DNA of 64,000 bases, taken from Chara braunii (Eukaryota > Plantae > Charophyceae). The number at the start of each line of letters is the position of its first letter. Within the stretch, counting starts at the first letter, position 1. This document shows positions 61,353-64,000 of this stretch, piece after piece. The notes under the pieces are model-generated. The model ran no database searches. It was not told where the DNA came from and saw only the letters and a list, made by a program, of their open reading frames with translations. The DNA lies in NCBI GenBank assembly GCA_003427395.1, contig BFEA01000036.1, positions 243,148-307,147 of the forward strand. Direction: 5' to 3'. The translations under genes were made by a program, and so were the position numbers.

Positions 61353-63521
61353 CGGTAAGGGGCCACGGTTCCACGACCGGAGGGGTAAGGGTAGGGCCTC
61401 GTTCCTCTACTCACCAAATGTGCGAAATGATGACGAATCTTCTGCTAGAACATTGAAAGATACACCTCCATATTTTGTCTTCTGCGTATGTGGTGAGTAG
61501 TGGAGCGAGGCCCATAAGATATGGCCCCCACGGCTGGAAAATTTCCAAGGAATACTTTTTTTCACAGAAAAGGCGACGGTCTTGAGATATCATCATCGAG
61601 TAATCTAGCTGAGTGCCCAGCTCAACTGGCGTACTATTCCTTCGCCTTTCACTAAACTAAAGAACACCCGTGGGCCGAGCACAAATAAGCAGCTTACAAC
61701 AATTTCTTACGGCTCTTCGTTCCGTCGAAAAAAAAAAACCGGATATCATCTTCGAGTAGACCGGCGCCCGGTGATTCACAATTATTTCATTGCATTCATC
61801 AACGTCCATCAGGATTCGAAATTGGGTCTGTAATTCAACAGCTCATGGGTGTACCACCTAAGCAGGCTCATCGGTCAAGGTTTTCTTTTTTTTTTTTTGA
61901 GGAAAGGGCAGCTCGGTCAAATGCAGTTCCCGAAGATATGTGCCCGCAACCACCCCAACCCCCCCTCCTCCCGAAAAACAAAAAATGTCTGCCAGTTCCT
62001 GTAGTTTCTATGGCAGGTCTCGTTACAAAACTCGAGAAAACTTGGACAAAAATCAACAAGTGGAGAACTGCCTGCTTCTCGGTTTATGCGTGCCACTCTT
62101 GCACCGGCCATGCATTCTCTGTTTTTGTTCCGTCTTTCATGGATGTCTCTTGAGCACTGCAGACGTGCTCGACCATGGGGAAAAACAAGCAAACAAACGA
62201 CAGGTGGAGAAATACAGAAGTACGGCGAGGAGAAATTAAGAAATATAGCCGGTAGAGAAATCGTTGCCGCTCTTCAAGCGCTTACATATTATGGCGATGA
62301 CCCGCAGAATTGGAAAAAATCAAGGAGTGACAAGCAGACGCAACAACCGCAGGAGATATAAATAGTGATAAACAGAGGCCATAAGACTGTCCTTCGTGCA
62401 TGCTTCGACAGAAAATTCCATGCTCAACCGCACCCACTGAGCTCAGAAGAAACGCGCTCATTGCCCTACGCACGTGTCAGCCAGGAAGCGCACCTGTCAC
62501 TCATCAGGGGCCTTCTCCTCGGGGCCAAGGTCCCACTTGCGCAAATTAGGAGATTTCGGCCGTTGATCTTTGCCATCTACGGTCATCATCTCTTAATTCG
62601 TGCAAGTGGGACCTAGCCCCGGATCCGCCTTATGGCGATGACCGGCAGAATTGGAGAAAGATCAAGGAGTGACAAACAGACAAAACAACCGCAGGAGATA
62701 TAAATAGACGATATAAAGGATGAAGAAATAAACGGGAACTGCAATGGATATGTTTACGCATATTAGACGATGTACATAGAGAGAGAGAGAAAGGGGGGGG
62801 GGAGGGGGGGTAGCTGGAGGGCGCACGGGGGGAATATGAAGATCACTTCGAACGGACTCAGAAACTGCAACAGAGATGTATGGACGATCTAAAGGATGAA
62901 GTCATCGGAAAGAGCAAAGGATAACTGACATATATTAGACGATATAAAGGATGACGAAAAAAAGAAAAAAAGAAAGAAGTGAAATTAGAAATAGAAGTAA
63001 AAAAGTGATATAACGGACATAGAGAAGAAGAAAGATAAGCAATGGCCGATTGCTCTTCACACGCGAACCAACAGATTTCCCGTTAATGCAACAAGCGTGT
63101 AGAAGCCTGTACATTGTAAACAAAAGCAATAAGAAGAAACTGCCGGTACGTCCCCGAAACAAAAGGCAAACCGTCCTCACCAATTATTCGATATTTTCTT
63201 TTCCAAGAGCCTATATCATTTTTCCTCATTGTCGGGCTTTAGATGAAAGAGATTAACAGAAATTGTGTTAGGAGAAACACCCCCCCGCGCTCCCCCCCCC
63301 TTCCCCCCCACACACAAAAACAAAAACAAAGAAGACTAGTGAACTTGCTTGATTTCTTTGACCCTTCGCCTCTCCTTTCGACATCTGCCGTGCAGAGGTA
63401 ACAATGCCTCGTTCTCTTTTTTTTTTCTTTTTTCTCGCTTGAATCACTGCCGTGTTGAAGATGTAATCACGTCTTAATCGATGTGCATATCATCTAGCAA
63501 CAATGACATACTAATACAAAA

Positions 63522-63700
63522 CGTGCTCATCAATGACGTTGTGCTAATCAATGACGTTGTGCTAATCAACGACTTGCTAATCAGTGACGTGCTAATCAGT
63601 GACGTGCTAATCACTGACGTTGTGCTAATTAATGACGTTGTGACGTGCTAATCACTGACGTTGTGCTAATTAATGACGTTGTGACGTGCTAATCAATGAC
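63522..63700. repeat. ~15-23-bp minisatellite GTGCTAATCAATGACGTT
   Basis: About ten degenerate tandem units. Confidence 0.92.
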
Positions 63701-63876
63701 ATGATATCTCTTTGACTCATGGCAGAGGATAATCAATGTGTGGATCAATGAGTTTATCATCGAGCAACAATTGCATGTTGATCAATGACGCGTTTCTTTT
63801 TCTTTTTCCACTGTCGAGGTGCAGGCTTATTTTACAGGGAAAAGGCCTTAAACAAAAAAAAAGGGAACAGGCCAAA

Positions 63877-63982
63877 GATCCTTCGGGAGATACGCTAAAA
63901 TTGGAACGATACAGAGTCTGAAGATTAGCACGGCCCCTGCGCAAGGATGACACGCGTAAAACGAGGACTGGTCCGAACTTTT
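63877..63982 (+). ncRNA. U6: Full-length U6 snRNA variant, probably a pseudogene (4-nt insertion in the ACAGAGA box)
   Basis: GATCCTTCGGGAGA...AAAATTGGAACGATACAGAG[TCTG]AAGATTAGCACGGCCCCTGCGCAAGGATGACACGC...TTTT. Confidence 0.92.
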
Positions 63983-64000
63983 CGGCTTAAAAAGAAGAGG

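Overview
Repeat-dominated eukaryotic genomic DNA with several N gaps. It is most likely from a non-seed streptophyte (charophyte alga, bryophyte or fern); this is inferred from a plant-type mitochondrial SSU rRNA fragment, plant-type U6 and a betaine-lipid synthase (BTA1) exon. It contains two large decayed L1/Tx1-type LINEs with poly(A) tails and TSDs (5399-9892; 11455-21762), many LINE fragments, a complete but decayed hAT transposon (37926-44092) carrying a mitochondrial rRNA insert, several MITE families, tRNA-derived SINEs, two U6 pseudo-copies and a Penelope-type hammerhead ribozyme. The most notable signals are two repeated RNA structures that I folded by eye and that show compensatory base changes between copies. 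(1) Tandem arrays of SRP-RNA Alu-domain-like three-way junctions (UGUNR motif) in a long non-coding, poly(A)-tailed repeat family. (2) A LINE 3' end module of two consecutive H-type pseudoknots followed by a sequence-variable hairpin with a conserved anticodon-like 7-nt loop. No database searches or folding programs were run, so novelty is unverified.
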